64,000 bases of DNA, taken from an uncultured Oscillospiraceae bacterium (GTDB lineage: Bacteria; Bacillota; Clostridia; Oscillospirales; Oscillospiraceae). Numbering within the stretch: the stretch's first letter is position 1; every line of letters begins with the position of its first letter. A program made the position numbers and the translations under genes. Location of the stretch: contig CANRNU010000003.1 of the NCBI GenBank assembly GCA_947632005.1, forward strand, positions 27,773-91,772, given 5' to 3'. A model generated the notes under the pieces. It made no database searches, was not told the DNA's origin, and saw only the letters and a program-made list of their open reading frames with translations. This document shows, piece after piece, positions 22,541 through 32,042 of this stretch.

Positions 22541-23352
22541 CCCGTACCTCCTCTCCCCGCATCCAGCACCTCATGGGACCGGCGCACGATCTCCGCGCAG
22601 TCCACCGGGTCCGCCGCCCCGGAAAGCCCCAGCCAGGCCAGATACTCGATGTTCCCCTCCGGGCCCCGCACCGGCGAAAAGGTCATCCCCCGCAGCACAA
22701 AGCCCATCTCCTCCGCGTCGGCCGCGAACCGCTCCAGCACCTCCCGGTGCACCGCAGGGTCCCGGACCACGCCCTTCTTGCCCACCTTCTCCCGGCCAGC
22801 CTCGAACTGAGGCTTCACCAGGCATACCACCTGGCCGGACGGCTTCAACAGGCTCTTTACCGCCGGCAGCACCAGCCGCAGGGAGATGAAGGACATATCC
22901 ATCACCGCCATATCCATGGGGCCCGGGAACATATCCGGGGCCAGGTTCCTGGCGTTGGTGCGCTCCATGACCGTGACCCGCCCGTCGTTCCGCAGGCTCC
23001 AGGCCAGCTGTCCGTAGCCCACATCCACCGCGTACACATGGGCCGCGCCCCGCTGCAGCAGGCAGTCTGTGAACCCCCCTGTGGAGGCGCCGCAGTCCAC
23101 GCAGACTGCCCCCGCCGGGTCGATATGAAACGTGTCCAGTGCCTTTTCCAGCTTCAGCCCGCCCCGGCTCACATAGGGCATCTGGGCGCCCCGGACCTCC
23201 ACGGCGGCGCTCTCGTCCACCGTCACGCCGGGCCGTGTCACCTTTTCCCCGTTCACATACACGTCGCCCGCCAGGATCAGGACCTTGGCCCGCTCCCGGC
23301 TGGGGGCATGGCCCAGGTCGAATACCCGCTGGTCAAGCCGTATCTTTCCCAT
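22537..23352 (-). CDS. tlyA: TlyA-family rRNA (cytidine-2'-O)-methyltransferase
   Basis: N-terminal S4 domain (MGKIRLDQRVFDLGHAPSRERAKVLILAGDVYVNGEK) followed by the FtsJ-like motif DCGASTGGFTDCLL. Confidence 0.92.
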   Translation of the reverse strand: MGKIRLDQRVFDLGHAPSRERAKVLILAGDVYVNGEKVTRPGVTVDESAAVEVRGAQMPYVSRGGLKLEKALDTFHIDPAGAVCVDCGASTGGFTDCLLQRGAAHVYAVDVGYGQLAWSLRNDGRVTVMERTNARNLAPDMFPGPMDMAVMDMSFISLRLVLPAVKSLLKPSGQVVCLVKPQFEAGREKVGKKGVVRDPAVHREVLERFAADAEEMGFVLRGMTFSPVRGPEGNIEYLAWLGLSGAADPVDCAEIVRRSHEVLDAGRGGTG

Positions 23353-25186
23353 GCTCCATCTCCAAAACGGCGTCGGCGATGCCGCCAGCGTCCAATCCCT
23401 TTTTGCGCCGCAGGGCGTCCGGCGACCCGTGCTCCAGGATGCCGTCTGCCAGATCCAGGCGCTTTCCGTACCGCAGAGGCAGGCCGCTCTCTGCGGCGGC
23501 AGCCAAAAGTCTCTCTCCCACGCTGCCCTCCCGGCACGCCTCCTCCGGCACCACCAGCGCCCCGGTCTTTTTCACCGACGCCAGCACCGTGTCCGCATCC
23601 AGGGGGCTGAGGACGTTCAGCTTGACCACTTCCGCGCTGACATTCTGCCTGGCCAGCAGCTTTGCCGCCGCCAGGACCTCGTTGAGCTCGACGCCGTAGG
23701 CAGCGATGGTCACGCCGGAACCCGGCCTCACCACGGCGGCAGGCCGGTCCGAGGTGTCTCCCTTGAACGCGCCCTCCCCGCCCCGGGGATAGCGCACGGC
23801 CACCGGTCCCGTATCCTCCGCCAGCGCCTTTTTCAGCATGCTCCGGAGCTCCCGGAAGCTGGCCGGGGCGTATATCTTCATCCCCGGCACGGTGGCAAGG
23901 TAGGCCACGTCAAAAAGCCCCTGGTGGGTCTCGCCGTCCTTGCCCACGATGCCGGCCCGGTCCACACCGAACACCACGTGCAGCCCCATCAGGGCCACAT
24001 CGTGGATGAGCATGTCATAGCCCCTCTGCAAAAAGGTGGAGTACACCGCGAATACCGGCTTCAGTCCCTGGGACGCCATGCCCGCGGCCATGGCGGCGGC
24101 GTGCTCCTCGGCAATGCCCACGTCGAAAAACCGGTCCGGATACGCCTCCTGAAAACCGATCAGGCCCGTCCCCTCTTTCATGGCAGCCGTGATGGCCACC
24201 ACGGTCTTGTCCTGGCCCGCGATCTCCGTCAGCGCCCTGCCGAACACCGAGGAGAAATCCTCGCCGGTATATCTGGGGATACCGCTTTTCGCGTCAAAGG
24301 CGCCCACTCCATGGAATGCCTCCGGGGCCTTTTCCGCGGGGGGATATCCCTTGCCCTTTTTCGTGATCACATGTACCAGCACCGGCGCCCGGTATTCCTT
24401 CGCCCAGCGGATGGCGTTCTCCACCTTCCGGATGTTGTGGCCGTCGATGGGGCCGATGTACTCATAGCCGAAATCGTCGAAGATATTCTCCGGGATGATC
24501 CGCTCCTTGAGCCAGCGCTTCATGCCGCTCAGCAGGGACGAGATCACCGGGATACGGGGGATGATGGTGGTCCGGTACCACTTTTTGAACCGGATGTACT
24601 CCACCCGGGTACGCATCCGGCTCAGCATGGATGCCAGGCCGCCCACGCCCTCGTTGATGCTCATGCCGTTGTCGTTGAGGATGATCACCAGCGGCTCTCC
24701 GCTGCGGCCGGCGTCCGACAGCCCCTCAAAGGCCATGCCGCCGTTGAGCGCGCCGTCTCCGATGAGGGCCGCCACATCGTAATCCGCCCCCAGGGCCGTC
24801 CGGGCCCGGGCCATGCCCAGCGCCACTGAGACGGAATTGGAGGCGTGGCCGGCAATGAACGCATCGTGGACGCTCTCATAGGGTCTGGGGAAGCCCGCCA
24901 GTCCACCCATCTCCCGAAGGGTGGAGAAATCCTTCCGGCCTGTGAGCAGCTTGTGGGTATAGCACTGATGGCCCACGTCAAAGACGAGCCGGTCCCGGCT
25001 CGTATCGTAGACCCGGTGCAGCGCCACCGTCAGTTCCACGCTCCCCAGATTGGAGGCCAGATGGCCCCCGTGCCGGGACAGCGAAGAGATCAGATATTCC
25101 CGTATCTCCTGACACAGCTCATCCAGCGCTTCCGGCGGAAGCGCCCGCACATCCTCCGGGCTGTGTATGTTATCCAAAAGTCCCAT
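23333..25186 (-). CDS. dxs: 1-deoxy-D-xylulose-5-phosphate synthase
   Basis: ...GGHLASNLGSVELTVALH...GDGALNGGMAFE... (TPP-binding). About 617 aa. Start uncertain: ATG 25186 or TTG 25198. Confidence 0.95.
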   Translation of the reverse strand: MGLLDNIHSPEDVRALPPEALDELCQEIREYLISSLSRHGGHLASNLGSVELTVALHRVYDTSRDRLVFDVGHQCYTHKLLTGRKDFSTLREMGGLAGFPRPYESVHDAFIAGHASNSVSVALGMARARTALGADYDVAALIGDGALNGGMAFEGLSDAGRSGEPLVIILNDNGMSINEGVGGLASMLSRMRTRVEYIRFKKWYRTTIIPRIPVISSLLSGMKRWLKERIIPENIFDDFGYEYIGPIDGHNIRKVENAIRWAKEYRAPVLVHVITKKGKGYPPAEKAPEAFHGVGAFDAKSGIPRYTGEDFSSVFGRALTEIAGQDKTVVAITAAMKEGTGLIGFQEAYPDRFFDVGIAEEHAAAMAAGMASQGLKPVFAVYSTFLQRGYDMLIHDVALMGLHVVFGVDRAGIVGKDGETHQGLFDVAYLATVPGMKIYAPASFRELRSMLKKALAEDTGPVAVRYPRGGEGAFKGDTSDRPAAVVRPGSGVTIAAYGVELNEVLAAAKLLARQNVSAEVVKLNVLSPLDADTVLASVKKTGALVVPEEACREGSVGERLLAAAAESGLPLRYGKRLDLADGILEHGSPDALRRKKGLDAGGIADAVLEMEHGKDTA

Positions 25187-25245
25187 ATCGTCTACCAAGC
25201 ATCTGTCGTCAAGTCATGCGTGTTTTCCCGCAGGAAAATTATAAT

Positions 25246-25280
25246 AACAAAATACGCCCCGGAATTCAAGGCGTATTTTG
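25246..25280 (-). terminator. Hairpin terminator after ispA, followed by a likely dxs promoter
   Basis: AAATACGCC...GGCGTATTT flanked by A/T runs. On the minus strand it is followed by TTTTGTTAT and a TATAAT box (25240-25245, minus). Confidence 0.6.
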
Positions 25281-25312
25281 CATATTTTCATTACAAAATG
25301 AATACTCGGTCT

Positions 25313-26119
25313 TCAGCTCTCCCGGCCCGCCAGCATTTCCGTCAGTTCCCGGAGAAATCCCGTATCGCCGAAGGCGTCCAGCAGCCGGTAGGCGTCGGCG
25401 GTATATCCCTCCGTCATCTCCTGGCACTTTTCCGGGCCCAGCATGGCGCAAAAGCCGTCCCCGTCCAAAAGGTCGTCCCGGCACTGGAAGGCCATCCCCA
25501 GGGCCCCGCCGAAATCCCGGGCGGCGCTCACAGTCTGCTCCGGCGCCCCGGCCGCGGCGGCGCCCATGGCGCAGGCCGCGGCGATGAGCGCGGCTGTCTT
25601 GGCCCTGTCGGTGGCCGTCAGGCCCTCCGACGTATGGGAGAAGTCCCCCAGGTCCATGAATTGACCGCCGCAGATGCCCGCCACGCCGGCTGCGGCGCTG
25701 AGGATGCGGCAGCAGCGGGACCGGTCCGCCTCCGGGATGGGCGCGGCGCATACGGCGGCGAAGGCCTCCGCCTGCAGGCAGTCCCCCGCCAGCACGGCGG
25801 TGGATTCCCCGAATTTTATGTGATTGGACGGCCTGCCCCGGCGCATATCGTCGTCGTCCATGCAAGGCAGGTCGTCGTGGATGAGGCTGTAGGAGTGCAG
25901 CAGCTCCACCGCGCAGGCGACAGGCAGCGCGTCCTCCGGCTCCAGGCCGCAGATGCGGGCAAACTCCAGGCACAGGATAGGCCGGACCCGCTTGCCGCCG
26001 GCCTCCAGGGTATAGCGCATGGCCTCCCGCAGTCCGTCCGCCCCGTCTCCCACCGGGACGAACCGGCCCGCCAGCCAGGACTCCACCATGGACTGATACC
26101 GCTCATATCTCTCCAGCAT
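25313..26119 (-). CDS. ispA: Polyprenyl (farnesyl/geranylgeranyl) diphosphate synthase
   Basis: First DDxxD block LIHDDLPCMDDDDMRRGRP and second block FQCRDDLLD. Confidence 0.92.
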   Translation of the reverse strand: MLERYERYQSMVESWLAGRFVPVGDGADGLREAMRYTLEAGGKRVRPILCLEFARICGLEPEDALPVACAVELLHSYSLIHDDLPCMDDDDMRRGRPSNHIKFGESTAVLAGDCLQAEAFAAVCAAPIPEADRSRCCRILSAAAGVAGICGGQFMDLGDFSHTSEGLTATDRAKTAALIAAACAMGAAAAGAPEQTVSAARDFGGALGMAFQCRDDLLDGDGFCAMLGPEKCQEMTEGYTADAYRLLDAFGDTGFLRELTEMLAGRES

Positions 26120-26136
26120 GTCTATCGTCCGTCCTC

Positions 26137-26361
26137 CTATTCAAAGGGCAGCTCTTCAGGCTCCCCGTCCGGTCCCTTGCGGAGCTGGACCACTTTCTGT
26201 TCCGCCTCGTCCAGCAGCTTGCCGCAGGAGCGGAGCAGGCCCGCACCCTCCTCGAAAAGTCCCAGGCTCTCCGCCAGGGGCGCGTCGCCCTTTTCCAGCA
26301 GCTTCACGATCTCCTCCAGCCGGGCCAGGGATTCCTCAAAGGTCTTTTCCTTTTTCGCCAT
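26137..26361 (-). CDS. xseB: Exodeoxyribonuclease VII small subunit
   Basis: MAKKEKTFEESLARLEEIVKLLEKGDAPLAESLGLFEEG...; start set at ATG 26361 behind GGAGGAGG. Confidence 0.92.
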   Translation of the reverse strand: MAKKEKTFEESLARLEEIVKLLEKGDAPLAESLGLFEEGAGLLRSCGKLLDEAEQKVVQLRKGPDGEPEELPFE

Positions 26362-27556
26362 CGTGTACCTCCTCCACCACACAGTCCAGGCTTCCCCCGG
26401 ACAGTCTCACATTGATCGTATCGCCCTTTGCCGCATCCGCCGCGGAGCGAAGCGCTGCGCCGTTCTTCTCCGCGATGGCATAGCCGCGGCCCAGCACTTT
26501 CAAGGGGCTCAGTGCGTCCAGCTTGGCCGCCAGGGCCACATAGGCCCGGCGCTTCTCCCCGGTCTGCTTCTCCCCCGCCGCGGCCAGGCCGCTCCGGGCG
26601 TAATCCAGGGCCATGCGCTTGGCCCCCAGATAGACCTCCGGGTCCGTCAGGGCTGGCCGGGCGGCAAGCTCTTCCAGCCGCCGGGACAGCATGTTCAGCT
26701 TCTTGCCCACGGCCTGTCCCAGGCGGATGTTGGTCTGGGCAATCCAGGCCGCCACCTCCTCCGCGTCCGGTCCCGCGATCTCCGCGGCGTTGGAGGGTGT
26801 GGCCGCCCGCCGGTCCGCCACATAGTCGGCGATGGTGACGTCCGGCTCATGGCCCACGGCAGAGATGACGGGTATCTCCGAATCATAGATGGCCCGGGCC
26901 ACCCGCTCGTCGTTGAAGGCCCACAGGTCCTCCATGGACCCGCCGCCCCGGCCTGTGATGATCAGGTCCGCCACCCGATACCGGTTGGCGTAGCGGATGG
27001 CGCCCACGATCTCCGGCGGTGCCTCCGTCCCCTGGACCCGGACCGGCAGGACCAGTATCTTTGCCAGGGGCCAGCGCCGGCCCAGGACACGGATGATATC
27101 GTGCACCGCCGCGCCTGCGCCGCTGGTGATCACCGCCACCCGCCGGGGAAATGCCGGCAGCGGCTTTTTGTGGGCGGGCTCGAAAAGGCCCTCGGCGGCC
27201 AGCTTCGCCTTGAGCTGCTCAAAGGCCACCTGCAGGTCGCCGGCGCCCTCGGGCATCAGGTCCGAGACATACAGCTGATAGGCCCCGTCCCGGGGAAACA
27301 CGCTGACCCGCCCGGTGGCCGTGACGGACATGCCGCTCTCCGGCCGGAACCGGAGCTTCGCCGCGCTGGAGCGGAACATGACGCACCGCAGGCTGCTCTG
27401 GGCGTCCTTCAGGGTGAAGTAGTGGTGGCCGGAGGGATAGACCTTGTAGTTGGAAAGCTCCCCCTTCACCATCACCCGGCTCAGGAGCGGGTCCTCCTCC
27501 AGGAGCGCCTTCACATGCTCGTTGAGGGCCGTGACGGTAAAGACCGCTTCATGCAT
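26336..27556 (-). CDS. xseA: Exodeoxyribonuclease VII large subunit
   Basis: MHEAVFTVTALNEHVKALLEEDPLLSRVMVKGELSNYKVYPSGHHYFTLKD...; 406 aa. Confidence 0.95.
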   Translation of the reverse strand: MHEAVFTVTALNEHVKALLEEDPLLSRVMVKGELSNYKVYPSGHHYFTLKDAQSSLRCVMFRSSAAKLRFRPESGMSVTATGRVSVFPRDGAYQLYVSDLMPEGAGDLQVAFEQLKAKLAAEGLFEPAHKKPLPAFPRRVAVITSGAGAAVHDIIRVLGRRWPLAKILVLPVRVQGTEAPPEIVGAIRYANRYRVADLIITGRGGGSMEDLWAFNDERVARAIYDSEIPVISAVGHEPDVTIADYVADRRAATPSNAAEIAGPDAEEVAAWIAQTNIRLGQAVGKKLNMLSRRLEELAARPALTDPEVYLGAKRMALDYARSGLAAAGEKQTGEKRRAYVALAAKLDALSPLKVLGRGYAIAEKNGAALRSAADAAKGDTINVRLSGGSLDCVVEEVHDGEKGKDL

Positions 27557-28016
27557 CGGGCTTGTCCTCTTTTTGCACCTCTCCCCGGTAGAAGCCCCCC
27601 AGCACGCCGTTGATGAAGGCCACTACGTCGGCGTCCTCGTAGCCCTTGGCGAGTTCCACCGCCTCATCCATGGCCGCCGCGTCCGGCACGTCGGGCATGT
27701 ACAGGACCTCAAAAATGGCCTGGCGCAGGATGGCCGCGGCGCTGCGGGATATGCGCTCCGGGCGCCATCCCTTGGCGTACTTGCCGATGAGCCTGTCCAG
27801 CTCCTCCCGGTGCTCCGCCACGCCGGATACGCTCCGGCGGATGAAATCCAGCTCTCTCTCCGCGGGAGCGCCGGCATAGAGCTCCCCCTCGGCGGCCAGG
27901 GTGGCATAGTGCTCCGGTTCGAAGAACTCCTCCACCGCCCGCTGTGGGTCCAGGCCCGTACTGGCCACGGAAAAGCCCAGCTGGATGGCAATCTCTCTTG
28001 CTGCTGTTCTGGTCAT
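27549..28016 (-). CDS. nusB: Transcription antitermination factor NusB
   Basis: MTRTAAREIAIQLGF...AILRQAIFEVLYMPDVP...DEAVELAK...FINGVLG. Confidence 0.93.
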   Translation of the reverse strand: MTRTAAREIAIQLGFSVASTGLDPQRAVEEFFEPEHYATLAAEGELYAGAPAERELDFIRRSVSGVAEHREELDRLIGKYAKGWRPERISRSAAAILRQAIFEVLYMPDVPDAAAMDEAVELAKGYEDADVVAFINGVLGGFYRGEVQKEDKPDA

Positions 28017-28077
28017 GCTGCCTCCATATACAATGAGGAGCCCCGGACGGGGCTCCGATAATCAGTGTGACACAGGA

Positions 28078-28440
28078 TCATTTCTTGTCGAAGGAAACGC
28101 CCGTCACATGGACGTTCACCACCGTATCCATACCGGTGACGGATTCCACCTCGCTGCACACCGCGTCCTGGACCCGGACAGCCGTATCGGTGATACTGCC
28201 GGAGGCGCGGACGACGATGAGCACGTCGATGGTGATCTTCTCATCGACAAAACGGATCTTCAGGCCCTTCACGGGATTCTTCCGTCCGAACAGGTCCACC
28301 AGGTCCGGCGTATTCGGGCTGCCAAGTCCGGCGACGCCCTCCACCTCGGTCACGACCGCCCCCACCATGACGGCGATCACATCCTCCGAGATGTTGACGG
28401 TGCCCTTTTCTTCCTGCTTGGTGATGTAATTCTCAGCCAT
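28078..28440 (-). CDS. Asp23/Gls24-family envelope stress (alkaline shock) protein
   Basis: ...GTVNISEDVIAVMVGAVVTEVEGVAGL...VNVHVTGV; 120 aa. Same position after spoIIIAH as yqhY in Bacillus. Confidence 0.9.
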   Translation of the reverse strand: MAENYITKQEEKGTVNISEDVIAVMVGAVVTEVEGVAGLGSPNTPDLVDLFGRKNPVKGLKIRFVDEKITIDVLIVVRASGSITDTAVRVQDAVCSEVESVTGMDTVVNVHVTGVSFDKK

Positions 28441-28508
28441 CGCCCATGACCTCCCAAAAATCGGTTATGGGTATTATAACACACCGTCCCCAAAAAGAAA
28501 AGGGGCAT

Positions 28509-29069
28509 TTACTCTGTTACTTCAATGATGTTCAGCGCCTGGGCGGTATAATCCGTATTGGACACCACCGTCTCGGTGATCTGGGCCACCTGGGTATCGG
28601 TCAGCCCCTCCACCGGCGCGGGGACCGCCACGGTCACGCCCTCGTCGGAGACGAACACCACGCAGTCGGTGAACTGCTTGGCGAGCAGCTGGTTCTCCAG
28701 CAGGCTCTCCTGCATGTTCCAGCTGGCCATGGCGTTGATCTGCCGCATGGACTCATCCACCACCTCCTGGCTGGTCTCCTCCCCGGCGCACGCCTGCTCC
28801 AGCAGCTGCAGCGCCTCGTCCCGGGAGGACTGACGGGTGAGCCGGGCCTCATCGAAATACGCGGAGACCGCCACGCTGGGCGCCTCTGTCTCCGCCTCAG
28901 CCGCCGTATACTCCTCCTCTGCCGCCGTCATGGCCGCGTCCTCCGCCGCCACCATGGCCGAATCCGCTGTGCCCCAGCGGCTGTTGTAGGACCAGTTCAG
29001 ATACACCGCCGCCCCCACGAACACCAGCACGGCAATGACAACGATATTGCGTTTCAAATTCCTCTTCAA
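28509..29069 (-). CDS. spoIIIAH: Stage III sporulation protein AH
   Basis: N-terminal membrane anchor MKRNLKRNIVVIAVLVFVGAAVYLNW, an acidic linker, and a YscJ/FliF-like C-terminal part. Last gene of the spoIIIA operon. Confidence 0.8.
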   Translation of the reverse strand: MKRNLKRNIVVIAVLVFVGAAVYLNWSYNSRWGTADSAMVAAEDAAMTAAEEEYTAAEAETEAPSVAVSAYFDEARLTRQSSRDEALQLLEQACAGEETSQEVVDESMRQINAMASWNMQESLLENQLLAKQFTDCVVFVSDEGVTVAVPAPVEGLTDTQVAQITETVVSNTDYTAQALNIIEVTE

Positions 29070-29419
29070 GATTCGTCCCTCCAGTTTTCATTCATTTTAT
29101 AAATCGCGATCTTATCTGCGCCCAGCCCGGTATAACACCGCATCGCCTCCGTGATATCCAGCCGCACGGAGACGCTGTCCGCTCCCTGGCATACCACTGC
29201 CGCGCCGTTTTCTGAAAGCAGTACCTCTGAGCGCCCCACCCCTTCCATTGCCGAGAGCAGCTGTTCCAGTCTCGCCTCCTCCGTGACCTCCGGGGCCGTA
29301 TCGGGCCCCTGGGCCCCGCCCGACGGCCAGAGCAGCAGGACCAGGCCCACCGCCGCCACCAGAAGCACATACTTCCAGCGGCCCAACCGCTCCCTGAGCG
29401 CAGCGCCCGCCTCAGTCAT
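29066..29419 (-). CDS. spoIIIAG: Stage III sporulation protein AG (short form)
   Basis: Single TM (WKYVLLVAAVGLVLLLW) plus ...LEQLLSAMEGVGRSEVLL...AVVCQGA...; assigned by position between AF and AH. Confidence 0.65.
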   Translation of the reverse strand: MTEAGAALRERLGRWKYVLLVAAVGLVLLLWPSGGAQGPDTAPEVTEEARLEQLLSAMEGVGRSEVLLSENGAAVVCQGADSVSVRLDITEAMRCYTGLGADKIAIYKMNENWRDES

Positions 29420-29882
29420 CGCTCCTCCACGCCTGCCGTTCGGCAGGGATGCCCAGCTCCGCCTCGATGACGCCCGCCAGCCGGCCGCTGTACGGCGCGT
29501 CCACCGTCACTGCCCAGGGATACCAGAGCAGATCCTCCTCGTCCCACCGGGCCGACAGAGAAACACCCTTTACGTCAAGTCCCGCCTCGGCCGCTTTGGC
29601 TAATATATATGCCTCGCATTTGTCCTCTATGTATGTCCGATCCAGCATTTTTGCCTCCTCCTCTGCCTGCTCTGTGATGACCTCTGCCTGCTGCTCATAC
29701 TGGGCGATGGACGACGCCAGCGTCCCGAAATCCAACCTTACCACAGGCCCCGCCACCGCCAGCGCGCACATGAGCCCACAGGCGAGGCGCAGCACCTGTT
29801 TCACCCTGCCCGGCGGCGTCAGCGCCATGGCGACGGCGGCCAGCAGCGACGCCGCCGTGATGGACAAGACCCACTGCCTCAT
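29412..29882 (-). CDS. spoIIIAF: Stage III sporulation protein AF
   Basis: Two N-terminal TM segments, a conserved C-terminal domain, and operon position. Confidence 0.7.
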   Translation of the reverse strand: MRQWVLSITAASLLAAVAMALTPPGRVKQVLRLACGLMCALAVAGPVVRLDFGTLASSIAQYEQQAEVITEQAEEEAKMLDRTYIEDKCEAYILAKAAEAGLDVKGVSLSARWDEEDLLWYPWAVTVDAPYSGRLAGVIEAELGIPAERQAWRSDD

Positions 29883-30943
29883 CCCGCCAGCATCTCCGCC
29901 GAGAGCACAACGCTCACGAACAGCATGATCCCCGCGCTGCCCACCAGGCCCAGCGCCATGCCGTAGGCCGTGCCGATGTTGCCGACGAGCCCCGCCAGCC
30001 TGCCCTCCGCAAAGGGCTCCGCGATGCAGGCAGCCGCCTTGAACATGAGATAGTGCAGGCCCAGACCCAGCAACGGTCCCACGCAGACGCTCACCACTGC
30101 CGCCAGGCCGAACACCCCCACCGCCCCCCGGACCAGCGCCGCTCCGGCCACATAGGTATCCGCCGCGTCCGCCAGGATGGAGCCCACCACAGGCAGCGCC
30201 GCAGAGATGGCGGATTTGGTAAGGCTCCCCGCCACCTTGTCAGCGTTCCCGGCCACCGCTCCTGTCACCGTAAGGGCAAGGGTGAACACGCTGGTCAGCC
30301 CTGCCAGGAGCGTGGTGCACACCCACCCGATCAGCTTGACCGGCCCGTTCAGCGCCCCGCTAGGCAGCGCCGCGTTGGCGGCGCTGGCGGCGGCATAGGC
30401 GTAGATCACCGGCAGCACGACTTGGGTCCCAGCCGCCATCAGGATGTCCAGGAACATGGCCGAGGCCGCGTACCGGGCGGCTGCCGCCGCGCCGTGTCCT
30501 CCGGCTGCCGCCGCCGCCGTGATGGTCGGCAGGAGCGCCCGGGAGAAATCGGACAGCTCCAGCAGGGCCGTTCTGGCCTGCCCCAGGAAGGAATGCATAT
30601 CCCCCGCGCAGGCGCTCATGACCGCCAGGGCGCCCCCCAGGATCACATATTCCGACGCCTTTCCCTTCTCGCTGAGGGCACTGGCCAGCGAGCACAAAAG
30701 CGTCACCGCCAGCGCCACCGAGGCGCTTCTCGCCGCGGCGGACACCTGCCCGGACAGGACGGACAGGACCCAGGACCAGATCCGCTGCCACAGGCCGCTT
30801 CCGGCGGCGTCGGCCACCGTGGCGCCCCCCAGAATGGCCCGGGCAGACTCCGGCAGTGCCTCCTCCACGCCCTCCGTCTCCGCCGCGAACGCGGGCACGG
30901 GCAGGAGGAGGCAGAAGATCAGCATGACCGCAAGTATCTTCAT
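29879..30943 (-). CDS. spoIIIAE: Stage III sporulation protein AE
   Basis: Start moved to MKILAVMLIFCLLLPVPAFA (ATG 30943, AGGAGAA RBS); polytopic. The 138-codon upstream extension of the track ORF overlaps spoIIIAD/AC and is spurious. Confidence 0.88.
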   Translation of the reverse strand: MKILAVMLIFCLLLPVPAFAAETEGVEEALPESARAILGGATVADAAGSGLWQRIWSWVLSVLSGQVSAAARSASVALAVTLLCSLASALSEKGKASEYVILGGALAVMSACAGDMHSFLGQARTALLELSDFSRALLPTITAAAAAGGHGAAAAARYAASAMFLDILMAAGTQVVLPVIYAYAAASAANAALPSGALNGPVKLIGWVCTTLLAGLTSVFTLALTVTGAVAGNADKVAGSLTKSAISAALPVVGSILADAADTYVAGAALVRGAVGVFGLAAVVSVCVGPLLGLGLHYLMFKAAACIAEPFAEGRLAGLVGNIGTAYGMALGLVGSAGIMLFVSVVLSAEMLAG

Positions 30944-31326
30944 GTCAGTTCTCCTATCATCTGTAAGAGGGAGCGGATGAGAGGGAGCGCCGTCACGATG
31001 GCGCAGGCCGCGCCGCACAGCTCCACCGCCGACGCCACTGCCCCCTGTCCCGCGTCCTTGCAAAGATCCGCGGCCAGGCGCGTCACCACGCCCAGACCCA
31101 CGCATTTGAGCACGGGGCTGACGATGGCCGGGCTCAGGCCCGTCTGCTCCCGGGCCAGGTCGATCACATCCTTGACCTGGACGAACAGCTCCAGTGCCAG
31201 TCCCGCGCCGAAAAGGCAGACCGCCAGGCTCAGCGCCAGCGCCAGCTCCGGCGCGTTTTTCTTCAGCAGCAGCGAGATCAGGGCCCCGGCCAGACCCAGC
31301 GCCGCCGCCTGGACCAGTACCGTCAT
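30940..31326 (-). CDS. spoIIIAD: Stage III sporulation protein AD
   Basis: MTVLVQAAALGLAGALISLLLKK...; 128 aa; ATGA overlap with AE. Confidence 0.9.
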   Translation of the reverse strand: MTVLVQAAALGLAGALISLLLKKNAPELALALSLAVCLFGAGLALELFVQVKDVIDLAREQTGLSPAIVSPVLKCVGLGVVTRLAADLCKDAGQGAVASAVELCGAACAIVTALPLIRSLLQMIGELT

Positions 31327-31520
31327 CCCAGTTCAAACAGACGGCGGATGAGGTCAAACAGCTCCGCGATGCGCTGGACCAATATCACCAGCACCACCAC
31401 CAGTCCCGCGATGGTGGTCATCAGCGCCTGCTCATCCCGGCCGGACCGGGTCAGGAGCAGGTTCAGCACCGCCACCAGGATGCCCACCGCCGCGATTTTG
31501 AATATCAGATCAACATCCAT
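31323..31520 (-). CDS. spoIIIAC: Stage III sporulation protein AC
   Basis: MDVDLIFKIAAVGILVAVLNLLL...; 65 aa, colinear with B. subtilis SpoIIIAC (MGVDVNVIFQIAGVGIVVAF...). Start at ATG 31520 behind GGGGATGGGG. Confidence 0.88.
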   Translation of the reverse strand: MDVDLIFKIAAVGILVAVLNLLLTRSGRDEQALMTTIAGLVVVLVILVQRIAELFDLIRRLFELG

Positions 31521-31544
31521 TGCCCCATCCCCTGTCATCCTTGG

Positions 31545-32042
31545 TCACAAAAGCAGCACCGCCAGCGCCGCCGCCCCGGCGGCGGATATCCCCACCGCCA
31601 TCCGTCCCCGCTCCCGCAGGGCCGTTCGCGCCTCATCCCGGGCCCGCTCCGCCTGCTCCCGGCAGGCGGCCAGGGCGGCGAGCTGCTCCTCTGCCCCATA
31701 CTGGCCCAGCACCTGTCCCAGGGGCGTCAGAAGCTGCCGCTCGGCAGCCGGAAACGCCTTCAGCGCCTCGGACCATATCTCCTCAAAGGGCCGCCGACCC
31801 AGCAGCTCCAGCCCCTCGCTCACCCGGCGGCAAAGGGCGCCGGCCTGGCAGTTCAGCTGTCCCGCCAGCTTCCCGAAGAGCGCCGGCAGAGGCGTGCGGA
31901 ACCGGCCCATCTCAAATTCCATCAGCCCCAGCATCCGGCACAGCTCCTCCCGCAGCGCCGCCCGCTCTCTCAGGCTCCCCGCCGCGCACAGCCCGGCCAG
32001 AACGCCCGCCGCCGTGACCAGGGCCGCTCCCGCTAGGCGCAT
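31545..32042 (-). CDS. spoIIIAB: Stage III sporulation protein AB
   Basis: MRLAGAALVTAAGVLAGL... and a C-terminal TM; start set at ATG 32042, overlapping the end of spoIIIAA. Confidence 0.8.
   Translation of the reverse strand: MRLAGAALVTAAGVLAGLCAAGSLRERAALREELCRMLGLMEFEMGRFRTPLPALFGKLAGQLNCQAGALCRRVSEGLELLGRRPFEEIWSEALKAFPAAERQLLTPLGQVLGQYGAEEQLAALAACREQAERARDEARTALRERGRMAVGISAAGAAALAVLLL

Noticed and set aside
28037-28056. Hairpin GGAGCCCC-GGAC-GGGGCTCC between asp23 and nusB, considered as a terminator
   Set aside because: On the minus strand it is followed by TCATTGTAT rather than a U-run and sits just before the nusB RBS. It is more likely a processing or stability element, or nothing.
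30944-31357. 138-codon N-terminal extension of the spoIIIAE ORF
   Set aside because: It overlaps spoIIIAD and spoIIIAC out of frame, and its composition is Gly/Arg/Pro-rich. A good RBS and a signal-peptide-like start are found at ATG 30943.
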